The translations under genes were made by a program, and so were the position numbers. A stretch of DNA of 64,000 nucleotides from an uncultured Actinomycetota bacterium. Its GTDB lineage: Bacteria; Actinomycetota; Geothermincolia; Geothermincolales; RBG-13-55-18. Where the stretch lies: positions 4,468 to 68,467 of the forward strand of contig CAZGWK010000013.1 in NCBI GenBank assembly GCA_964529285.1, read 5' to 3'. This document shows positions 28,525 through 36,213 of this stretch, one piece after another (position 1 is the stretch's first letter; each line of letters starts with the position of its first letter). Under the pieces are notes generated by a model. That model saw only the letters and a program-made list of their open reading frames with translations, had not been told where the DNA came from and made no database searches.

Positions 28525-29853
28525 ATGTCCGATCGCGAGCAACCATCGCATGGTCCGGGTGTATTCGAAGCGTTCTATACCCGCAAGTGGGAGGTCTTCG
28601 AGGCGGGGTTCTTGAAGGATAAGCGGATAGATTTACTCGCTGCCAGGCTGTTTCGTCATGCTACTCGCTTCAGGAGATTCAAAGATCCATTGGTCGAGGA
28701 TTCCTTTAAAAGGAAACTCGAACGGTGCTATACAGCCATCGCTATCGGTATTCCTGACCGCGTGCCTCTTATCAGCAGCGGGATAAATTTCTACCCCGCG
28801 TATTACTCGGGCTTATCCTTCGCCGACTACGTTAACGACAGAAAAAAGAACCTGGCGGCATTCTTCAGATTCTCGCGCGAGATGTGTGGTTTTGATGCCA
28901 TGTTCCCATCGCAGATCGCATGCATGGGCCCGCTGATTCAAGCCACCAAACTGGATGTGCTCAAGCTGCCCGGCATCGATCTGCCGGACAACGTTGGCTA
29001 CCAGTACGTTGAGAGGGAAAGGCTGAGGCCGGAGGAGTACAGGCAGTTTCTCGACGAGAAATGGGATTTCTTCAGGAAAACGATCCTTCCTCGCATGAGC
29101 CCTCTTCATCGCGGTGGAAGGGGCTGGGAGACCGGAACGCTTCTCAAGGCGGCCTTCGCGGCAACAGCGTATGCGCATTCCTTCAACCACGCAATAGATA
29201 TCATAGAGAAGAACTACGGAATACCCATACTCCCAGGCGCCTTTTCGTTCGCCCCCTACGATCTCGTATCTTTTCTCTTCAGAGGTTTGGAGGGTATATC
29301 CGGTGACCTGTTCCGGCGTGCCGAGGACCTGGAGGGTACCGTGGATATGATGGTCCAGGTCATAACTATGGCCTGTGAGAACATCGCCGTGCTTTCGGGG
29401 ATAAACAGCGCCGTTATCCTTTGCGAACGTGCCTTTTCTTTGTCCCCCCGCCAGTTCAAGCGTTTCTACATGCCGTATTTGAAGAAACTCGTGCATAACC
29501 TGATTGACCGGGGCATAATACCGCTGCTTGCTCTTGAGCAGGATTGCAGCCATCTTATCGAGTTCATACTGGAGTTGCCACCCCGGAAATGCATTGTAAA
29601 TCTGGATACCTCGGATATCTTCAAGGCAAAGAAGATACTGGAGGGACATACGTGCATAGCGGGCAACGTTCCCATGAACCTCATGGTCACCGGGACGCCG
29701 CAAGACATCAGGGACTACTGTGCCAGGCTTATACAGGAACTGGCGCCCGGAGGGGGGTTCATGATGAGCGGTGCTTTAGGTATTCCCGACAACGCCAGGG
29801 AGGAAAACGTGCGGGCCATGATCGAATATACGCTGGAGCAAGGAAAATACTAG
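28525..29853 (+). CDS. Uroporphyrinogen decarboxylase (URO-D) family methyltransferase (MtaA/MtbA-like corrinoid methyltransferase).
   Basis: A ~440-aa URO-D/MtaA-type TIM barrel adjacent to the corrinoid protein. The ATG at 28525 has GAAGGTGG 4 nt upstream. The ORF-track GTG at 28510 overlaps the upstream stop. Confidence 0.7.
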   Translation: MSDREQPSHGPGVFEAFYTRKWEVFEAGFLKDKRIDLLAARLFRHATRFRRFKDPLVEDSFKRKLERCYTAIAIGIPDRVPLISSGINFYPAYYSGLSFADYVNDRKKNLAAFFRFSREMCGFDAMFPSQIACMGPLIQATKLDVLKLPGIDLPDNVGYQYVERERLRPEEYRQFLDEKWDFFRKTILPRMSPLHRGGRGWETGTLLKAAFAATAYAHSFNHAIDIIEKNYGIPILPGAFSFAPYDLVSFLFRGLEGISGDLFRRAEDLEGTVDMMVQVITMACENIAVLSGINSAVILCERAFSLSPRQFKRFYMPYLKKLVHNLIDRGIIPLLALEQDCSHLIEFILELPPRKCIVNLDTSDIFKAKKILEGHTCIAGNVPMNLMVTGTPQDIRDYCARLIQELAPGGGFMMSGALGIPDNAREENVRAMIEYTLEQGKY

Positions 29854-29889
29854 AGAGATCGCGATTCAGAACCGCCAATATCGAGCCAT

Positions 29890-30948
29890 ATGGATTGCGG
29901 CCTTCTCACGGGCATCCCAGGTTGCAGGGAGGCAGAAGACTTGAAATCGAGCGTTCACAAGCTGAAGGTCAAAGAGCTTAAAAAGGGGCGCCGTGCCAAC
30001 CCCCTGTTTTTCCCCGTTACCTTTTCCATGTTCGGTTTGTTTAATGCGGCACGTATGATCACGAAGATCCTTGGGCGCATCTACGATGGTTACGGACCCA
30101 CAGATACGAGTCCGGAGAGCCAGGAATATTTCATCAACTATCTCGATTTTGTTGGCTGGAAACCTTTCCTGCAGGAGGTGAAGGATCTGGCTCCCATCAG
30201 CCCTTATTTCCTTGCAAACGAAGCCGTGGTCTTTGGCGCCTTACGAAGGATGATCAAGTCCCAATGCATGAAAGAAGCCAGGACAGAAGCGCAGTCGGAT
30301 CTGTGGCAGGAAATGGAGGAGAATGCGAGAAAACTGGGTGTGGATATGGTTGGTTATTCTCTATTGAACAGGGACTATATCTTCCAGGGTATGCATGTCT
30401 TCTACCCGAATCTTGTCGTGCTGGGCATGGAGATGAGATGGCAGGGCATGTTGGATGCGCCGGGTATTGGAGCGGGCAAAGAGACCATGAGGACCTACCA
30501 TAGACTGGGCGCAGCCACCAACAAGCTGGCCGATTTTTTTATGGACCGCGGCTACCGCGCCCAGCCGATGCCACCTTATTCCGCCTACGTCCTCTGGCCG
30601 GCCATAGCAAAAGAAGCCGGCCTGGCGGAACGGGGCCTTCACGGGCTGATGATAACCCCCCGATTCGGCCCGTTACAACGCTGGTCTGCGGTAGCGGTCG
30701 AGGCCGCGCCTCTGCCCGAGACGGATGCCGTGCGGCTGGACTGGCTAGAGGGATTCTGCGCATCCTGCAGGCAATGCATCCAGGCGTGTCCTGCGCAGGC
30801 GATAATGAGCGAGCCGGTTCGCGGCCGGGGTGAGCTGGTAAGGTATATAGATAACGAGAGATGCTATCCTTATTTCGCCCGTTACAAGAGCTGCTCCATA
30901 TGCATCAAAGTATGTACGGCAAAGCTTAGGAAGGAAGGGCGAATCTGA
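29890..30948 (+). CDS. QueG/RdhA-superfamily protein (epoxyqueuosine reductase-like) with two [4Fe-4S] ferredoxin motifs.
   Basis: The central block AGLAERGLHGLMITPRFGPLQRWSAVAVEAAPLPETD matches the QueG core GLGWIGKNTLLI...FGSW. The C-terminus carries CASCRQCIQACP and C..CSICIKVCT cluster motifs. I see no strong Shine-Dalgarno at the annotated ATG. Confidence 0.65.
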   Translation: MDCGLLTGIPGCREAEDLKSSVHKLKVKELKKGRRANPLFFPVTFSMFGLFNAARMITKILGRIYDGYGPTDTSPESQEYFINYLDFVGWKPFLQEVKDLAPISPYFLANEAVVFGALRRMIKSQCMKEARTEAQSDLWQEMEENARKLGVDMVGYSLLNRDYIFQGMHVFYPNLVVLGMEMRWQGMLDAPGIGAGKETMRTYHRLGAATNKLADFFMDRGYRAQPMPPYSAYVLWPAIAKEAGLAERGLHGLMITPRFGPLQRWSAVAVEAAPLPETDAVRLDWLEGFCASCRQCIQACPAQAIMSEPVRGRGELVRYIDNERCYPYFARYKSCSICIKVCTAKLRKEGRI

Positions 30949-31147
30949 CCGGGTATAGAGGAATCGTGTACATGGGAAAAAGCGTATGCGCACGTGTTCT
31001 TAATGAAGTGAAGGCATCCGCTGGCATTCCTTCGCAAATGGCTCGCTCATCAGCCCCATGCTTCCCGCCGTCTCCTTACAAAAGGCGCTTGTGGCCCGTT
31101 ATGAACTCGAGGAGCTGGTCTTCGGCACAAAGAAAGGCCTTTGCATC

Positions 31148-31912
31148 TCAAACAGGCGGAGTTATCTCGATGGGCTGGTTGATGCCGGTTATGTCTATGT
31201 CGATATATACGTCGACGCCTTCGTAGCCGGATCCCAGGGTCACTTTTCGGAAGACCATCTCGTATTTCAGCGGGTAATATGACGCCGCATCGATCCATAT
31301 ATCCACCTGGCCGCCCGTGCTCGCCTGCAGGCTGGATGGGGGGATATCGTCGAGAAGGCCGGAGAGGTTTTCGGGGCTCAATTCAAAGCGCAGGTGGACC
31401 GCCTGTACGCCCCGCAGATCCTCTACCCCGAGCTTCTGCGCCGAGATGGAAAGGGAGAGGTAATCGGAGATATGAGCCGTGTAGACGGTGGCGGTCTCCT
31501 CGTCCAGGGTGGCCTGCTGTTCCACCCAGCCGCCTCCGGCAAGGTCCTTTCCCCACTGTCTGTCGCCGACGCGCACGACCTCCTGGATAATCGTGCCCTC
31601 GCCGCTCTCCGGGTCGTAGTAGGTGTCGGTGAGGCTGATATCGTCACCGGCCGTATCGATTACCAGTTCCTCCGTCTTCACCCGGACCGCATCCGCGCCG
31701 GCGAAGGACATGGAAAGCACCATGTGATACGAATCTATCGTCTCGCCCGCTTCCTGCGCCTTGGCGACGATGGATTCGACCTCGGAGGGTGGCGTCCCGT
31801 TCCCACCGCATCCCGCAAGAATCACTACGGTCAACAGCGCAGGAAGGGCGAGAAGCAGAGGCCTTCTCGAGACAGCCGTTCTTCTGCGACTGTGCATCGA
31901 CACTCCAGTCAC
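31148..31912 (-). CDS. Putative lipoprotein (LolA/LppX-like fold possible).
   Basis: A signal peptide with lipobox LLTVVILAGC|GGNG, then a Gly/Thr-rich linker. I recognise no catalytic motif. Confidence 0.55.
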   Translation of the reverse strand: MTGVSMHSRRRTAVSRRPLLLALPALLTVVILAGCGGNGTPPSEVESIVAKAQEAGETIDSYHMVLSMSFAGADAVRVKTEELVIDTAGDDISLTDTYYDPESGEGTIIQEVVRVGDRQWGKDLAGGGWVEQQATLDEETATVYTAHISDYLSLSISAQKLGVEDLRGVQAVHLRFELSPENLSGLLDDIPPSSLQASTGGQVDIWIDAASYYPLKYEMVFRKVTLGSGYEGVDVYIDIDITGINQPIEITPPV

Positions 31913-31930
31913 TAGGATATATCCGTCCTC

Positions 31931-33010
31931 CTAACCAATGGCGCCGGGAGGTTTTTCAGCGGCGAAGATCAGGATCCTGTCCCCCTCCTGAATACGGTAT
32001 TTACTATCGTTGGGCCTGACCCCGTCCCGCCATGTTATCGCCACCATCTGGGCTCCATATCTCTCCTGCAGTTCCTTGTTCACCTCTGACCTTGTTTTTC
32101 CAACCATCTCCTTGTCGGCGGGGATATAGTAGGAACTCACTCCCGCCTCCCTGGTCACCAGGTCGCTGACCGTGCTGATCAGGCCGTAATGCAGGGCAGA
32201 GCGGGCCATGAGGTTGCCCAGGAACGAGGTCACGTCGAGTATCTCCCGCACACCCGCCAGCTTCAGGTGGTGTATGTTCTCGGGCCTCAGGGCCTCCGCC
32301 GTTATCTCGATGTCGGGGTTCAACTGCTTTATGTTCAGGGCGGAGAGCACCGTCCTCGCGTCGATGTCTCCCTCGGATACGCCCCTGCTCTCGTCCGCGA
32401 GGAGTATGGCCGATTTCGCCTCGGGGATGTTCACTCTTCCCAACGCCTCCACGCTCGTGGGGTCTCCTCGGAAGAAGAAGGTGAAATCGTCGTCTATGGG
32501 GCTTCCCTCCAGGTCGCACAGGAGAACCACCTGGACGCGTTGGTGCTGCAGCTCTTCACGCAACCTGTCCAGGACATATTCCCCCAGCAGGTTCCAGCCG
32601 CACACGACTACGTGGCCCTTGCTCTTCAGTTTTTCCTGCAAACCGCTGTACCTCCTTCTCGCCTTATCCGCTCTCCTGGTAGCCAGCAGGGTAATAAAGG
32701 CGCTCAGGGTGCCGACGCCGAACACCAGGACCAGGATAACAGCTATTCTGCCGCCGGTCGTGATAGGAGTAATATCCCCGTATCCAACCGTGGCGATGGT
32801 TATTATGATCATGTAGAAAGCGTCGAAGTAGTTGTGGATGTTGGGGTTCTTACCCCTCTCGAGCAGGAAGACCACCAGGGCGCCGAGGAGTATGATTATG
32901 CTCACGTTGAGCAGCAGTATATATCCGGCGCGCTTCCTGTAGAAGCCCTGGCGCAGGTTTTCCCTCTTGTAACGGACCCAGGAAATCAGATTTCCCTCCG
33001 ACATGGTCAT
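31931..33010 (-). CDS. Potassium channel with a C-terminal RCK/TrkA-N domain (MthK/Kch-like).
   Basis: The K+ selectivity filter TVGYGD between two TM helices, and an RCK Rossmann motif HVVVCGWNLLG. Confidence 0.8.
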   Translation of the reverse strand: MTMSEGNLISWVRYKRENLRQGFYRKRAGYILLLNVSIIILLGALVVFLLERGKNPNIHNYFDAFYMIIITIATVGYGDITPITTGGRIAVILVLVFGVGTLSAFITLLATRRADKARRRYSGLQEKLKSKGHVVVCGWNLLGEYVLDRLREELQHQRVQVVLLCDLEGSPIDDDFTFFFRGDPTSVEALGRVNIPEAKSAILLADESRGVSEGDIDARTVLSALNIKQLNPDIEITAEALRPENIHHLKLAGVREILDVTSFLGNLMARSALHYGLISTVSDLVTREAGVSSYYIPADKEMVGKTRSEVNKELQERYGAQMVAITWRDGVRPNDSKYRIQEGDRILIFAAEKPPGAIG

Positions 33011-33225
33011 CCCATCCCGCGGTATATTCGCTCCGCCGCACTATCTGGCTAAATGCTACCAGATAACCCCTTGCAGGTCAGCTTCCTCGGGGTCAGGTGT
33101 CGCATATCGAGTTTCTCGTATAATATTGGAACATGCTTACGCGATCACGCTTGCATCATGCCTGTTGATGTTAGGTTAAGCGATGTGCGAGACCTGACCC
33201 CGAGGACACGGGAGGGAGGCGGAAA

Positions 33226-33906
33226 ATGCCCCACTACGATCACCGCGAGGAGGAGGCCTGGAAGGACTTCGCATTCAACTTTCCCTACGAGAAAGGCCTG
33301 CGTAGGCTGCGGGAGGAGGTCCTGGACAAGACCGACTTCGATCCCGGCGTGTTGTGGATATGGGGGACGATGCAGGCCATGGCGGTCATCCGCGTCCTCA
33401 AGGCCTGCGAGCGCGAGTTCGGGGAGGAGGGGCAGAGAGTGGTCACCGCTGCCCTGCGCGAGGTGGGCCTGGATATAGGCCGCCAGATGATGGAGGGCCT
33501 GCAGAGACCGGAGGGCATGAGTGATGCGGAGATGGCCAGCTTCTTCGCCACCGCGATAAACTGCATCGCCTACGCCTCCCTGGAGGATCCCAGCATCGAT
33601 TCCGAAGAAGAGGTGAGCTTCCATATCCTGTGGTGCCCCCACCAGGACTACTACGCCCCTTTCGACTGCCGCGTGCAGCGCTATTTCGTGCAGGGGATGC
33701 TGGAGGCGGTGAAGGAGAAGGGGATGCTGGAAGGTTGGCAGGTTCGCTTCACCCAGACCATCCCCGCCGGCGCGGAGACATGCCGCTTCGTGTTGTGGCG
33801 CGCCCCCGACGAAGAAAAGTCGCAGTGGGAGAAATACAGCGAGCAGCTGGAGGCCAAGGCCCTGGAGATCGCCGCGCAGGAAAAGGGGTCAAATCTTTAC
33901 TCTTGA
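33226..33906 (+). CDS. Hypothetical protein (226 aa).
   Basis: A clean ORF preceded by a GGGAGG Shine-Dalgarno. I recognise no family. Confidence 0.5.
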   Translation: MPHYDHREEEAWKDFAFNFPYEKGLRRLREEVLDKTDFDPGVLWIWGTMQAMAVIRVLKACEREFGEEGQRVVTAALREVGLDIGRQMMEGLQRPEGMSDAEMASFFATAINCIAYASLEDPSIDSEEEVSFHILWCPHQDYYAPFDCRVQRYFVQGMLEAVKEKGMLEGWQVRFTQTIPAGAETCRFVLWRAPDEEKSQWEKYSEQLEAKALEIAAQEKGSNLYS

Positions 33907-34081
33907 ATTTACATCCAATATATGGGAATTAATTAAAATATAGAGATGTGACATCGTGCCGGTTACACGAGGTTGGCTACACGGGATAATATTAGTGTGC
34001 GGGTGTCACGGTCCTTATATAACGTGTAATGAAATCCGGAAGAGCACTGGGAGACGTTATCTTCGCAGGGGGTGAGGTGCC

Positions 34082-34669
34082 ATGAGTAGGAAAGAGGAGC
34101 TGGTATCCGAGATACTCGAGATCGAATGGGAGATGTTCACCGCCGTGCAGGCCAAGGGGAGGAGTGCATCCTGCCAGGAAGACCCGGATTCCTTCCGCGT
34201 CATCCGCACCGCCAATTTCCTCACCTGGTCCGAGACCACACTGGCCAGCTATCTTAACGACCTGAAGATGGCCAGGGCCAAGGGCAGGAACTTCATGACC
34301 GAGAAATACGCGCGCATGGAGGGCCTTATCCCGCCGCTGAACCCCGAAGCCGGATCCCTGATCGACCGCATCGTGCGCAAAGAATGCCTGTGGGCCGAGG
34401 AGCATCTCAAGGGCACCCCGGGTGCAAGGCTGGCACGGCCCATATACTCACGTGACGACACGCCGGAGATCACTTCCTCGGAGACTTACTCCCGCGCCGA
34501 GCTGGACACGTATTCCACCAACACCCTCGACTTCTACTATGCGGACATCCTCGGTATGTCCGCGCGGGGCGAGAACCGCATAGCCCTGGCGGTAGGTTAC
34601 ATGGAGGCGATGTCCTCCGACAGGGATCTTGACTGGAGGCAGCTGCTTTCTTCCCAGGAGAACGGCTGA
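34082..34669 (+). CDS. Hypothetical protein (195 aa).
   Basis: The ORF is preceded by GGGGGTGAGG. I recognise no family. Confidence 0.5.
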   Translation: MSRKEELVSEILEIEWEMFTAVQAKGRSASCQEDPDSFRVIRTANFLTWSETTLASYLNDLKMARAKGRNFMTEKYARMEGLIPPLNPEAGSLIDRIVRKECLWAEEHLKGTPGARLARPIYSRDDTPEITSSETYSRAELDTYSTNTLDFYYADILGMSARGENRIALAVGYMEAMSSDRDLDWRQLLSSQENG

Positions 34670-34837
34670 GCGGGCAGGCTGAAGAACTCAACATTTTCGC
34701 CTCCAGTAATGCAAGCTGTCATTGAGGACCGATGTGGATTATGCTTGTGTGGTAAAGACAACAACGGGGTTGCTCAGACGTAGGAGGCGGGCTCGCGTAC
34801 AGCGATGGGTGTCCTTTTAGCGTGAAGGGAGATCGTC

Positions 34838-36079
34838 ATGGAGGGGGATGAGAAGACCGGTACCTATCGCTACAGGTGGGTGGTGCTGGTGGCGTTCATG
34901 TTCGTAGCCGCCCTCACGCAGCTGATGTGGTTGAACTATGCCCCCATACTCTCACGCACCCAGGAGTTGATGGGCTTTTCATCCGAGCTGCCCATAGTGA
35001 TATTGATGCTCATGTTTCCCCTGGTTTACATACCCGTATCCATCCCGGCCGGTTTTATCATCGATCGCAAGGGCTTCCGCTACGCGGTCATGATCGGCGC
35101 ATTTCTCACCGCGGCCTTCTCTTTCCCTCGCCTCTTCGTGGACAACTATACCCTGGTGCTTATCGGGATGATCGGTATCTCCGTCGGTCAGCCCTTCGTG
35201 CTCAACAGCATCACCAAGATGGTCAGTACCTGGTTTTCCACCGAGGAATCGGCGCTCGCCAGTGGTCTGGCAACCCTCTCCCTCTTTCTGGGCATGATCG
35301 TCGCCCAGGCTGCCACCCAGCCGATGCTCGAGGCTTTCGGCGACGACCTCGGCGCCTTGCGCTTGGTGGTGCTCGTCTACAGCCTTCTGGCCCTGGGCGG
35401 GTTCGTACTTTTCGCGCTGTTAGGCAAAGCACGGCCGCCCAAGCCGCCTCTGCGGACGGAGAAGGAGGTACTTGGCGAGGACGTGGCCATAAACATGCAG
35501 AGCCTGCGCTCCCTCTTCAAGCTGCGAAATTTCCGCATACTGTGCTTGATAATATTCGTAGGCAACGGGTCATTTGTCGGCCTCATGCAATTGATCGAGG
35601 ATGTCCTCGGGCCTAAGGGCATCACATCCGAGACGGCGGGATATATAGGCGCGGTGATGGTGCTTGCGGGGGTAGTGGGGTGCATTGTCATCCCAGCTGT
35701 CTCCGATAAACTCATGTGGCGCAAGCCTTTCCTGCTCCTGGCGGCGTTTATGGCGGTGCCCACCCTGTACCTGCTGGGAGCCCTGGATAGCACCCTCCTC
35801 ATCTTCATCGTAGGGGGTTTCCTCGGTTTCTTCCTGCTCAGCGCCCTGCCCGTCCTGCTGGCTTTCGCCGAGGAGAATACCGGGGCCCAGCTGACCGGCA
35901 CGGCCACGAGCATGTTGTTCCTGCTGGGAAACGCTGGAGGCGTGGTCCTGACCCTGGCCATGGAGGGCATCAAGGCAGCGACGGGCGGTGAGAATTTCTT
36001 CTGGGCTTTGGTCTTCCTGGCGACGCTTTTCGTGGCGGCCTTCTTCGTCGCCCTGCGCATCGAAGAGGAACGACCCTAG
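34838..36079 (+). CDS. MFS transporter.
   Basis: Twelve predicted TM helices and the MFS loop 2-3-like motif (GFIIDRKGFRY). Confidence 0.75.
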   Translation: MEGDEKTGTYRYRWVVLVAFMFVAALTQLMWLNYAPILSRTQELMGFSSELPIVILMLMFPLVYIPVSIPAGFIIDRKGFRYAVMIGAFLTAAFSFPRLFVDNYTLVLIGMIGISVGQPFVLNSITKMVSTWFSTEESALASGLATLSLFLGMIVAQAATQPMLEAFGDDLGALRLVVLVYSLLALGGFVLFALLGKARPPKPPLRTEKEVLGEDVAINMQSLRSLFKLRNFRILCLIIFVGNGSFVGLMQLIEDVLGPKGITSETAGYIGAVMVLAGVVGCIVIPAVSDKLMWRKPFLLLAAFMAVPTLYLLGALDSTLLIFIVGGFLGFFLLSALPVLLAFAEENTGAQLTGTATSMLFLLGNAGGVVLTLAMEGIKAATGGENFFWALVFLATLFVAAFFVALRIEEERP

Positions 36080-36180
36080 GGGGTCAGCCCCGGACATGGG
36101 ACAATGTCAGCGAACTCAGCGAGCGCAATCGATTTAAATCCAAGGTTAGCTAAGAATGTCCCATGTCCGGGGCTGACCCC
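36080..36180. repeat. 24-bp perfect inverted repeat flanking a 53-nt spacer (101-nt potential stem-loop), immediately after the MFS stop codon.
   Basis: GGGGTCAGCCCCGGACATGGGACA at 36080-36103 and its exact reverse complement TGTCCCATGTCCGGGGCTGACCCC at 36157-36180. Confidence 0.8.
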
Positions 36181-36213
36181 ACAATCGGGACATTAGACGA
36201 GAAGGCGGGGCGC

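Noticed and set aside
27857-30948. Pyrrolysine (in-frame amber) usage in the methyltransferase genes.
   Set aside because: The methyltransferase here is a UroD/MtaA-family protein, not an MtmB/MtbB/MttB type. Its reading frame is uninterrupted, and no pyl genes are present.
36163-36213. ORF-track start codon of the metallophosphoesterase at 36163.
   Set aside because: That codon falls inside the right arm of the 24-bp perfect inverted repeat and has no Shine-Dalgarno. The downstream in-frame ATG at 36214, preceded by AGGCGGGG, is more plausible.
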